DNA of 64,000 bases from Pavona decussata. Lineage: Eukaryota. The position numbers and the translations under genes were made by a program. Shown here in pieces: positions 53,501 to 63,944 of the stretch. The stretch covers positions 5,146,001 through 5,210,000 of the forward strand of contig CDRNST010000233.1 of assembly GCA_977016875.1 (NCBI GenBank), given 5' to 3'. Numbering within the stretch: the stretch's first letter is position 1; the number at the start of each line of letters is the position of its first letter. The notes under the pieces were generated by a model. The model saw nothing but the letters and a program-made list of their open reading frames with translations, ran no database searches and was not told the origin of the DNA.

Positions 53501-56500
53501 TTTATTCCATACTCCAACTTGAACTGTAAAACACTTTAATTTACAATCTAAGTACATGATTCATTTTTTTTTTACTTCAGAAGAGAAATCCAACCTTGGG
53601 TGAATTTGTCTCCAGCAGTGTAACGTTATTAAATATTATTTGCTTCTCTTTCAATAACCTTTTCAAACAGGCTCAAGCGATGAGCAGATCAATGATTCAA
53701 TCCTTTGCATTAAGCCATTTGATATACAAAAGTTATTGGTACCAATTGTGTGGAATTTTGATGTTTATTTTAAAACAAAAGCTTGCGTTCACGATCTTGG
53801 TAAAGTGCTTTCAGTATGTACATGTAGTCAAAATGATTGTGTTCAAAATTAAAATACAATTCAATTATCCAGCTACACTTTAACAAATTTCAGACTATTG
53901 GCACAATGAATACAATTATTTTTTTGTTTTCTTTTTTAATGTACAAACAATATTTACTCTACAATGAAGAGCTGTGTTTTGTTAAACAAAAACATTGTTA
54001 AAGATTTTTTTGAGCACATACATGTAGTTTTACACACCCATTTCTGTCAAAGTGTGGTTTGAATGTCATTGGACTAAAGACAATAATATTAAGACCTTAA
54101 ACATTTTGAAAATCTCTGTCTGCTTGGTGATAGAGAAAGGAAGATAAAATAATAACTAAAAAGAAATGCTAGTGGTTGGGTTAAAATGTGTCTCTGATAT
54201 TCATTGCCTTGATTAGCAATTCCTTGTTAATCCAGGTGTGTTTCTTAATCAAAGGTGTTTATTTTTTTTATCTCATCTGTGACTTTTGTAAATTATTAAC
54301 GACAGTAGGAAATCGCGTTGGGATTCAAATTTGAAGGGACATGGATATGTGGAATACGCAGTCGTTGTTTATGAGGTTTTTTCCTTTGGTATTGCCAGAT
54401 GAAAAACCCAAAGGTATTTCACTGTGTTGGTTTGTTATTTTTCATCGAAACTCTCTTAAGAGTTTGGATTCATTCAGTAGATTTTACAGATGCATGAAAT
54501 ATTTGATGTATGACATACATACAATGCAGCTTTGTTGAGTTTTGTTTTTTAGCATTAAAGTCTTACTTGAAATTTATGTTTCTTCCAGTGTAATATACAC
54601 TTAGAATTTATTCTAAAGCTATGAGAACTTAAGTGCTGTACTTGTTATTTATAATAAGTACTTCTTTTACCATGTATTGAACTTCACTGTGTGGCAATTT
54701 CATAATAAACATGGCATGGTAGTAAAGTCATTTTCTCTTTAGATTCTTCAGAAAGTCCATATATTTTATGCCCTATTTTCTTGTGTACACGTGTAGCTTG
54801 ACATTTTTGGAAAAACTGTTGAACTTATAATACATTGCTATGATGACTGTGTCAGATTTTATGTATGGAAATTTGAAGCTGCTAATTCAATTGATTAAAA
54901 GTAAAACTTGCAAATAACAGGTGCAAAATGGAGTTAAGATTTTTTAGTTTCAGGGACAAACACGTAATGTAAGAAGAATTATGGTTTAATTTTAATCAAG
55001 ATTAGGTTAGGGACCTTCCTGTGGAACTGTTTATTATTTCTGCTGGGTAAATATAAATGTTGAGTCAGCTACTAATGTAGAGGCTACAGAGGGGTTCTAT
55101 ATAGCATGGACAGGATTGCTTTTTTGGAAATTATTTTTTTTTACTTTCTTTGTGGTATGCATTTTTATAGCCCTATATTTGGGTTGGACATTATCCATTG
55201 GCATACATGACATATTAATGGTTACTGCAATGCATTGTGGGTAAATCCAACACAGAGTGGTCTGCAGATATATTAATGATGGGATAGTACTGTGACTTTG
55301 TATTTAAATTAAATGCTTTTTATACCAAATGTGGCCAGTAAACAAGGTTTTTGAACATAAATTCTACGTTTGCTCCACATTGTCTCTCTTGACCCAAGTG
55401 TATAAATGGGTACTGGCGACACATTGCTGGGGGTAATCCTGTGATGGACTAGCATCTCATCCAGGTGGGAGTAGCAATACTCCCCTTCTCACAAAGTTCG
55501 CGTTGGCGTTAACCGCAAGGGAGCATCCTTGGTCCACTTCTATTTCTTATCTACGTAAACGACCTCCCACACTGCTTGGAGTACTGCAAAGTTGTCATGT
55601 ATGCAGACGACACTGTGTTATACTATAGTGGGAAGAGCTGCCACGAAATTGAATCGCATCTAAATGCCGACCTTGGCAAGTTAGGACATTGGTTTGATAA
55701 CAATTACCTAACTTTAAACACGTCTAAATCTAAGTTCGTACTGTTTGGCAGCAATCGCAAATTGCAAAGTTGCCATGATGTCAAGCTTGTTATGCATAAT
55801 GTTTGCCTCGAGAATTCAGATTCAATCAAGTACCTTGGCGTGAAAATTCACAAGAACATGACTTGGAATGAGCAAATCGATTCATTAATTACCAAAGTGA
55901 ATCAAAGGATTGGCCCATTGAGACGTGTCAAGCCTCTGTTACCAGTAGATGCACGGATTACACTGTATAACACTTTGATTAGTCCCCTTTTCTACTATGC
56001 TGATGTTATCTGGGGTGACAAGGATAACACTACACTTATGGGCGATTTGCAGATTCTGCAAAATAAGGCAGCAAAAGTTATCCTTGATTTGCCTGGCTAT
56101 GTCTCATCCACCGATGCACTCAAGTCACTTGGCTGGCCAACCTTGTCCCAACGTCGCCTTGTACATAGATATATGATCACTTTAAAGTATATTCATGGAC
56201 TTGTAGATTATAATTTTAATATTCTTAAGAACAGCGACATCCATTCCTATAATACCCGGAGAAAGAATGATTTCCGTCTTCCACGAGTACGAACTAACTA
56301 CGGAAAGAAGACACTCCTTTACCAGGGTATTAAGGAATGGAACCTTTTAGAACAGTCTTACAAAGACATAAAATCGTTTTTAATTTTTAAGCAACGTATC
56401 AAAGAGCGCGTTTTTAGCTAGTTTTTAATTCTTATTTCTTATTTTTATTTCTTACCGCCGACTTTGTATTTTCTACTTTTAAATAATTGTAATTTTTAAA

Positions 56501-59500
56501 ATAATTGTAAGTTTTAAATCATTTCTCAATCTACAGGGCCCCACTGAATATCACTTTCGTGATGTGGGCTCCCTGTATAAAGATTGTTATTATTATTTAT
56601 TACTATTATTATTATTATTATTACTCCTAGTAGCTTCCTGCTACAGAAACTGGGCTAATCTCCAGCCCTGTGGGCCACTTAGGCTCATAGTGTGACTTAA
56701 ATCCTAACCTTTTTCAGCATAAACACCTGTCTGAACAAATTTTAGAATGAACAGGTATTTTGGAAATTAATGTGGTCAGACAATATTTGAGGACCAAGCA
56801 CTGGTAGGAGTGATCAATTGCTGAATAGTTGAGAAACAAACCCTTTAAAGGGACCAGAAATTAATTCAAGTTAATGCATTTCTCATTTTTTTCCAGCCAC
56901 GTACAACCTCAGTATAAAAGTTGGCGACGTCAAAGGCTCAGGCACTGATGGTAATGTTTACATTCAGCTGTTTGGTGAACGTGGAAATACGGCAAAGATT
57001 CAGCTTAGGCAAGCTGGAGACACTAGGAATAAGTTTGAGAAAGGGCGGACGTACAAGTTTACAGTGGACACTGTTGATATTGGCAAGGTAGTGAAAATTG
57101 TAAAAGTAACAAATAAATAATGTTTCCAAGGTTGCTCAAACTTGATCATTTTTCTCACGGTTCTGTAGCATAGGTGTGGATTGGGAAGTTCCCAAGGCTC
57201 TCTCTCTTTTGCCATGTTGGTGATGATGTCATCTGCCCATGCAAAATCTGTGGAGGATGCCAGATATGTGTCCTAAGATCCATTAATTTGTTGATTGTTC
57301 CTTTCAATCTTGACTCCAATCTGTATTACAAGTGCGTTCTTTCTGCGTCAAAGGCAATAAATTTCAATTTTGGAAGTTTGTAATGTCAGTAGGTACTGCG
57401 AGTTTCTTCCTATTAGTATAGTTATAGGTAGTCATAAAAAGACTAAATTTAAAGTTATAGTCACTGTGATTATATTATTCAAAAGAGATTTTCTGAAGCT
57501 GAAGCTTGCCAAACGGCTGTTAACTGTTCAAAATAATTTGATGCAACTTAAGATTTCTTGTTTTGGCATGGTTTGCAGGTTGATAGAATCAAGTTAAGTC
57601 ATGACCATACAGGTTATGGATCCGGTTTCTTTGTGGAGGAAGTTGAAGTGGAGGTTCCTGCTCGTCAGGATAGAGTCAAGTTTCCGTGTCGCTGTTGGCT
57701 GGCGCAGGATGTTGACGATGGTAAAATTGAGAGGGAGATGTTCGCAATAACCCCTTTACCAAGTAAGTCAACAAAATGGTTTCTTGTTTGCTTCTTTGTT
57801 AAAGGGGAAGTATCACGGAAATTTGATGTCATCTCAAAACCCAAAAATGTTTGTCAACAACAGAAACAGAAACAAAAAAAATAATTGTCAAGTTTTGTTA
57901 TAAATTATCACCCCATTAGTGCCTCTGGCCAGAGACAGAGTAGGTAGGAATGGATTGAATCTTGAAAAATGTAAAGCTAATGTTTTTCAAGTTTTCGTTT
58001 TTTTGTTTCCAAAATGTGCTAGAACAGAGTATGAGTTGTTCCTGTCAAGAATTTAGTTGATTGCTCTCCTTTCGTTGTTCTATAGAATTATTTTGTAGCA
58101 AAGTGAAGGTCTTATTTCACCATTTTTAACAAAAGAGGTCAAAAATCCCATGATACTTTCCCTTTAAATAAGTAGTAAAACACTGTAATGCCTTTATTTG
58201 GGTTGGTGCAATTACTGACATTTAAAATGCTGTCATAGTTTTTTTGTGGCCAAAGAAAATAAAAAGGAAATTTAAAAAATAGAGATAAATTTGGTTGAAT
58301 TGTTTGAAGTATGAAGAGATCATTTATGTTCCATGTGATGCGTTTTGGTCAAAGTTTGTCCCAAATTATGTTTACTTCAATTGAACATATATTTGTACAT
58401 GCTGAATGTTATTTCTCAGCCACACAACTATGGTACAGCAAATAAAGGACACGCACAACACATGTTCTGACAACAAGAACAAGTACATGTACATTTAATT
58501 GCAACTGAAATGAAACAGAAAATTTTGTTACTTAAAAGCACCATAATCTCACAGACTAGCTGGGTGTCGGTGGGTGGGAAAGCTTTTGTCTGATTGGGAA
58601 GAAGACAAAAACTGGATGTCATAACCTAGCATGAAAGTATGGTCTCACTTGTCATTCAGTGTGGGAACCTTGTGTCTTGAACCCTTTTGGAGGCTCAGGC
58701 AGCATGAAGACTATTTTTATCATTTTTTTTGCTTAAATTCTTATTTCAGACACCTCCTACACAATGTCAGTCAAACTTGGCGATGTTCTTAGTCCAGATA
58801 CCAATCTTTACGTTCAGCTGTTTGGAGAAAAAGGGGAAACAAGCAAAATAATGCTGCGACCTGTTGGTTCCTCACTTAACAAGTTTGAGAAAGGCAGAAC
58901 GTACAAGTTTACTGTTGAGACTGTGAATATCGGACGGGTGAGTCATTAAGTTGATCAGTCCATTCAGTCACTTGTTTTGTTAGTCAGTCAGTCAGTCAGT
59001 CAGTCAGTCAGTCAGTCATTCATTCAGTCAGGCAGGCAGGCAGGTAGTCAGTCAGTCAGTCGGTCGGTCGGTCAGACAGCCAGTATATCAGGCAGCTGCA
59101 GGCAGTCAGCCAGTCAGTCAATCAGGATTCAGTCAGTCAGTCAGACTGTCTGTCTGTCAGTCAGTCAGTCAGTCAGTCAGTCAGTCGGTCTGTCATGTGG
59201 TCAGTTGGTCTATCAGCCAGCCAGTCAGTCAGTCAGTCAGTCAGTCAGTCAGTCAGTCAGTCGGTCGGTCAGACAGCCAGTATATCAGGCAGCTGCAGGC
59301 AGTCAGCCAGTCAGTCAATCAGGATTCAGTCAGTCAGTTAGTTTTGGTCAGTCAGACTGTCTGTCAGTCAGTCAGTCAGTCGGTCGGTCTGTCATGTGGT
59401 CAGTTGGTCTATCAGCCAGCCAGTCAGTCAGGCAGTCATTTGGTCAGGCAGTCAGTCAATCAGTCAGTCAGTCAGGATGTCTATTTAATTTTCTGCAAAT

Positions 59501-61265
59501 ATTTCACTTTAAGATTGACAGACTGCGGATTGGCCATGACAGCAAAGGAGATGGGAAGGGCATATTTGTGGAAGAGGTAGAGGTAGCTCCAGCTGAAGGA
59601 GAGCGTGCTATCTTTCCTTGCTACTGCTGGCTGGCTGAGGGCAAAGGTGACAAGAAAATGGAGCGAGACATACTGCCAGGTCAACCAAGACCACCACGAC
59701 CAAGTGAGTGTTAAACTGACATTTTTTAGGAGAGATCTATAACCTTCATTTTGTTGTGAAAATAAATGTTTTCTCTAACTATCAACATTTATTTTGGAGT
59801 ATTTTCATGCCAAGGATGTGTGTAGAGTACACAGTGGTCCAGAAGTGTGCAAACTTTGCATTGAAGTTGTAGCATTGCTTAACTCCAGCAGATGTAACAT
59901 TACCTTTTACTGATAGGGACTTTATTTCTCGACAGATACCTCATATCATTTAGCAGTGAAAACTGGAGATATGCTGACAGCTGGTACAGACGCTAACGTG
60001 TATTTCCAGTTGCTTGGTGATGAAGGAGAAACCGAGAAAATCCAGCTACGCCAAGGTGGTAAAGCAGAAAAGAGATTTGAGAAGGGGAGAGTTGATAAGT
60101 TTATCGTGGAAACTGTGGATGTTGGAACGGTATGTTAGTTCTTAATTTATTTGTTCACAGATCTAAGGTCTTTTTATGCTGACATGTTTTGTTGTTATGT
60201 ATCTGAAGAGGCAGCAGTTGCTTATGTCAGAGTGAAACAAAACAAGAAAAGAAACTATGGTTCTTGTTATGTGATCAACTTAATTTTTTAATATGACCAT
60301 TACAAGTCAGACCTTACAAGACAAGTGAAGATTTACTCTCTCTTATTGACATATGTATAAGGTTCCCTCTTTTTATTAACAAAACCAGTTCCTGCTGGCA
60401 ACTAGAGAGACCCTGGTAACAAGGACCTTCTACACACTCTTAGCCCTTTTTAAAACCCTTGAGGCAAAATGACATTTTGTCCAGATCCAGGACTACAAAC
60501 TCAATGTCCATGTATGACTTGTGAGTGTATTTAATAACTGATATAATTATAAATGAGAAAACTAATGGCTTTGAGGTAAATGGGCTTAAAACGTAAAACT
60601 TTAAAAGTTCAAAAATGTCCCAATCCTCGTGTATATTAGGTATACCGCTAAACTATATAGGTTATTTTGCATTTCTCCACATGTTCATTAATGTGAGAGC
60701 TGTCTTAAGACCCACAACTGCTAGGGGGAAAAAGTTGAAAAGTTATGGGGGTGGTCAACCGTATCACATATGGGAAGGGGTTACGTTCTCATCCTATGAG
60801 AGATGAGTAGATCTTCACAAGACCATCTTGGTGTCAAAAATGCATAGAAATCTGTCAAATCTTGACAGAGTTATAGTATTCTGTGCCAATTGGCACTCTT
60901 AGGGATTAAAGAGTTAAGCTGGTTGGAAAATGAACACTTGTTCGCTGTTCTAACAGGTTCAAAAGTTGCGCATTGGACATGACAACAATGGATCAGCTCC
61001 TGGATGGTATCTCGAAGAAGTCGCTGTTGATGTGCCTGCCCATAATGAACATTTCATCTTCCCTTGCCATCGATGGCTTGCCAAAAATGAAGATGATGGC
61101 AAAATAGAGAGAGATCTAGTGCCAGGTATTCAATGTTTGCTTGGCCATAAGTGTCAGAAGATAAAATGTTGTTCAATTCAATTTGTTTCTTTTTCCTTGT
61201 CTCTGTAAGTTGTAAGCTTATTTAAGATAGAGGAAATTAGCTGATTAAGATCGATCGATTGATGG

Positions 61266-61348
<83 letters not shown>

Positions 61349-63697
61349 CAGTCAGGCAGTCAAGCTTTCTTGAAAGAGGAGAATTAAAAAGAACATAGCA
61401 CTTAAAAGGCTGTGGTCTCCAGGCAGCCAGTCACAAATTTTCTCTTGGTCTTTGAAGCTTGCCAAGAAATGTCACTCAGCTAAACCTACCAGCTGTTAAC
61501 TTCCCAAAACTTGATGATTTTCTCTGCCTGTGAACAAATCCTATGACTTGCTCAAATGTTGCTATTTTTTATTCCATGTTGAGTTTTTTATTAATATTCT
61601 GTGATATCAGGTTCCCCTGTCAGTTCTGGTGCAACTTCTCCAAGCAGGACTACGATTACGACAACCACAGAGCAAACAACCAGAACAGAGAGTCAGAAAG
61701 TCCCACCTCCTGTTGCTAAGAAACCTGATGAACGATATGGTACCCCCACAAAGAAGGTCATTACTGAAGAACTAAGATACACTACAGTGCCACCGCCTCA
61801 GAAAACAGTCATTGAGGAGATGCGTTACACCACACCCCCTGCCAAAAGAACTGTCATTGAGGAAGAATATAGGTTAGTAGCCTGCCTAATCCAAGGGTTT
61901 TTGTTTTACAGCGTACAAAATGCTTCTATGCAGCAATTGCTTACTTGCAGGGTTTCCACACTTGGCACAGAACTGTCTCACTGTGAAAATTGCATACCTT
62001 TTCAGGCATTATTTTGGAAATTTATGTTCTGTGTTTTTTAATTTCAGATACTCTACCCAAAGAAAAGAGCCAGCCCCCACACCTCCCCAGAGAAAAATCA
62101 TTGAAGAAAGGATGGTGATGAAAGAGACTCCCCCGCCTGTGCAGGGAGCCCCACCCATGAGGCCAGCAGAACCCAAACAGCGCATCACACAGGAAGAACT
62201 GACGGTTGAAGAAGTACGCAGACAGGACTACTCTACACCACCTCCTGCAAATGAGTATCAGTACCATGAGGAAATGCTTCCACCGCCTGATGAATATCAT
62301 TTTGAGGAGAAGAGGACGGAGATATCTGCACCTGCTCCAGAGGCCATGGACAGCAGAAAAAGTGAGTTTATAGAATTATATCCTGTGTAGCAAGCGTTTC
62401 TATTAGGGTTTTGTGTCTTTTTCAGTTTTTTACTGCGCGAAAAACCCGCAAAAGCCCACGGAAAAGCTTGCTATGCAGGCTAATAGAATTGCTATAAAAG
62501 CAACAGTGTCCAGGTTCGGTTGTAGACAAAATCAGGGTGGGGCAGTGTTCCAGGTAACTGTCAAAGTCAGGGAGTCAAGGAAGAATTTTGAAGGGTCAAC
62601 CATTTGGTTCTCTCCAAATCTTCTTCAGTTTACCAGTCCATTCATTTTGTTGGGTCAGGAAGCCAGCTTTCTTGGGTTTTTGATCTGAGACGCATCTCTT
62701 GTATGGAACACTGGTGGGGTGATCTGTCTCTTCTCAGAGCACTGATGTCTTCTAAATGCCGGTTTCCCTAACTTGTGCAATGTTTTGTGTTCTCTTTTAG
62801 TTGTTTTGCTGTAGTGTTGTAAAAAAGCTGAAAAGGTCGCCATGTTTGCAGAGTGCTTTTCCAAGGGCTGTTGTACTGGAATACGAAAAAAAAAAAAATA
62901 ACATCTGAATATAGGAACTATGACAACCGTTGTAAATGTAATACTTTATATCAATTATAAAAAGTCATAACGTACATGTGAAAGAAAAGAGATGTGTAAC
63001 TGGTGATAATTTGTTTTACTCCTGATTATATTGAAAAAAAATCGAGGAAGGATGCAAGCTAGTTTCTCTCCCTTTGTCAAAATTACATTTGTTTGTCTGT
63101 TGTTTTGTTGAATTTTTAATGTATTCTTTTACTCTTACAAAACAAAACTGAAAACTTTGTGAGCTTATACAGCCCTCGTTGTTTGTGGATTTGTTGTTCA
63201 TTGTTCGGTTTATCTAGATAACTTCTAACGATCTGTATTTTTTCTTGCAGTTGTTGCGTATCAGCTGTGCCTTAAAATGGGAGATGTGCTTGGTGAAGGA
63301 ACAGAAGGAAATGTGTTCATTCAGCTCATTGGCGACAAGGGCATGACAGAGCAAATACAGCTACGACAAGCTGGAAATTCCAAGATACGCTTTGAGAAAG
63401 GAAGAACCTACAAGTTCACTGTTGAAACAATCGATATTGGAAAAGTACGATTTCAACAATTTAAAACTGTTTGAGTTCTGTGGATCTGTAGTTGGGTCAC
63501 TCACATTTCTCCTTTGTTTTAGATTGAAAAGGTAAGTGTCAGTCATGACAGCCGGCAGCCCACCACAGGGTGGTACTTGGAGGAGGTCAGTGTTGATGTG
63601 CCATCACGTGGGGACCACACCGTATTTCCCTCACACTGTTGGTTGGCTTCAGGGAAAGGTGATGGCAAAATTGTCAGAGACTTTGTCTCAAAACCAT
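42436..63697 (+). CDS. p120/delta-catenin-family gene with multiple PLAT (LH2) domains inserted in its N-terminal region (partial; ~991 codons in window, continues past 64000)
   Basis: Exons 42436-42507, 42766-42837, 43002-43045, 45457-45576, 48806-48841, 50348-50388, 51604-51972, 53007-53165, 56897-57087, 57579-57762, 58750-58937, 59514-59703, 59936-60129, 60957-61125, 61611-61872, 62048-62361, 63251-63444, 63523-63697. All GT-AG, phase-consistent and stop-free. The N-terminus [49 protein letters not shown]...LVDSCLKVLQERG parallels CTNND2/PKP4 as I recall them ([47 protein letters not shown]...LVDSCIRSLQESG). TVKKVVTRT resembles p120. ARM repeats are not reached in the window. Confidence 0.8.
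49980..50281. mobile_element. Palindromic MITE, family copy 2
   Basis: atatttttgcgtggtttataact ... agtcataaagtgcgctaaaatg; a diverged relative of 37528-37812. Confidence 0.65.
50478..50830 (-). mobile_element. L2-like LINE 3' remnant with (AAAT)n tail
   Basis: (tatt)n at 50478-50526 lies next to acagggtgctctctc...gagaggccctgt. This stem-loop resembles the acagggccc...ccctgt 3' hairpin of the L2 copy at ~56533-56577. Confidence 0.55.
55372..56690 (+). mobile_element. SINE body split in two by the LINE insertion (55372-55483 and 56628-56690)
   Basis: ...gtataaatgggtactggcg...gggggtaatcctgtgatggactagcatctcatccagg...agtagcaatactcc [LINE] tagtagcttcctgctacagaaactggg... The joined halves read as a SINE body I recognise as common in metazoans. 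Confidence 0.6.
55484..56621 (+). mobile_element. 5'-truncated L2/CR1-group non-LTR retrotransposon (RT C-terminal half)
   Basis: [19 protein letters not shown]..., [27 protein letters not shown] and KEWNLL motifs (ORF to 56421), with a frameshift just before PQGS. It has a 3' hairpin, a (TAT)n tail, and a 6-bp TSD TACTCC (55478-55483 / 56622-56627). Confidence 0.92.
56897..57762 (+). other. PLAT domain 1 (two exons)
   Basis: [29 protein letters not shown]...FEKGRTYKF...DIGK / VDRIKLSHD...[19 protein letters not shown]; LOXHD1-type PLAT consensus. Confidence 0.9.
57803..58163. mobile_element. Kolobok-type MITE (TTAA TSD)
   Basis: ttaa|aggggaagtatcacgg ... ccatgatactttcccct|ttaa; purine-purine terminus with TTAA duplication. 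Confidence 0.8.
58750..59703 (+). other. PLAT domain 2 (two exons)
   Basis: [10 protein letters not shown]...[13 protein letters not shown]...FEKGRTYKF / IDRLRIGHD...FPCYCWLA...ERD. Confidence 0.9.
58960..59476. repeat. (TCAG)n degenerate microsatellite with ~197-bp internal duplication
   Basis: gtcagacagccagtatatcaggcagctgcagg block at 59071 and again at 59268, embedded in tcag runs. Confidence 0.9.
59936..61125 (+). other. PLAT domain 3 (two exons, most canonical)
   Basis: [31 protein letters not shown]...FEKGRVDKF / [20 protein letters not shown]...[20 protein letters not shown]. Confidence 0.93.
61266..61348. repeat. (ATCA)n microsatellite
   Basis: About 20 perfect units. Confidence 0.95.
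62379..62482. mobile_element. Short TAGCCTG-family hairpin element with ~9-bp TSD
   Basis: atagaatta|tatcctgtgtagcaagcgtttc ... aaagcttgctatgcaggcta|atagaattg. Confidence 0.75.
63251..63697 (+). other. PLAT domain 4 (two exons)
   Basis: [29 protein letters not shown]...FEKGRTYKF...DIGK / IEKVSVSHD...GWYLEEV...FPSHCWLA...DGKIVRDF. Confidence 0.9.
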
Positions 63698-63800
63698 GTA
63701 AGTAACATTGATTTTGTACGAAAACCAACCAGAACCTTGAGATAGCCTGCAAAGCAAGCATTTCTGTGAAGTTTTCTGCACTAAAAAGCCTACTTCCGTA

Positions 63801-63944
63801 TAGCCTGCGTAGCAGTCGTTTCCGTTTGCTTCAAGCCAAGCTGGGCAAGCGCGCGAGGGCATTGGGCAAAAAGTTTTGCCCAATGCCCTCGCGCGCTTGC
63901 CCCGCTTCGCTTGAAGGAAACGGAAACGACTGCTACGCAGGCCA
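63801..63944. mobile_element. Near-perfect 144-bp hairpin element with 9-bp TSD
   Basis: acttccgta|tagcctgcgtagcagtcgtttccg ... cggaaacgactgctacgcaggcca|acttccgta. The centre gcaagcgcgcgagggcattgggcaaaa-ag-ttttgcccaatgccctcgcgcgcttgc is perfectly paired. Confidence 0.88.

Noticed and set aside
53581-53599. Micro-exon after a strong polypyrimidine acceptor (ttacttcag|aagagaaatccaaccttgg|gtgaat)
   Set aside because: At 19 nt it would shift the frame relative to the phase-1 neighbours, and the donor is weak. Left out of the model.
56897-63697. Calling the PLAT exons a separate LOXHD1 gene
   Set aside because: No start codon or promoter-like region precedes PLAT1. The phases join cleanly to the catenin exons, and non-PLAT linker exons are interleaved. 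Not formally excluded without transcripts.
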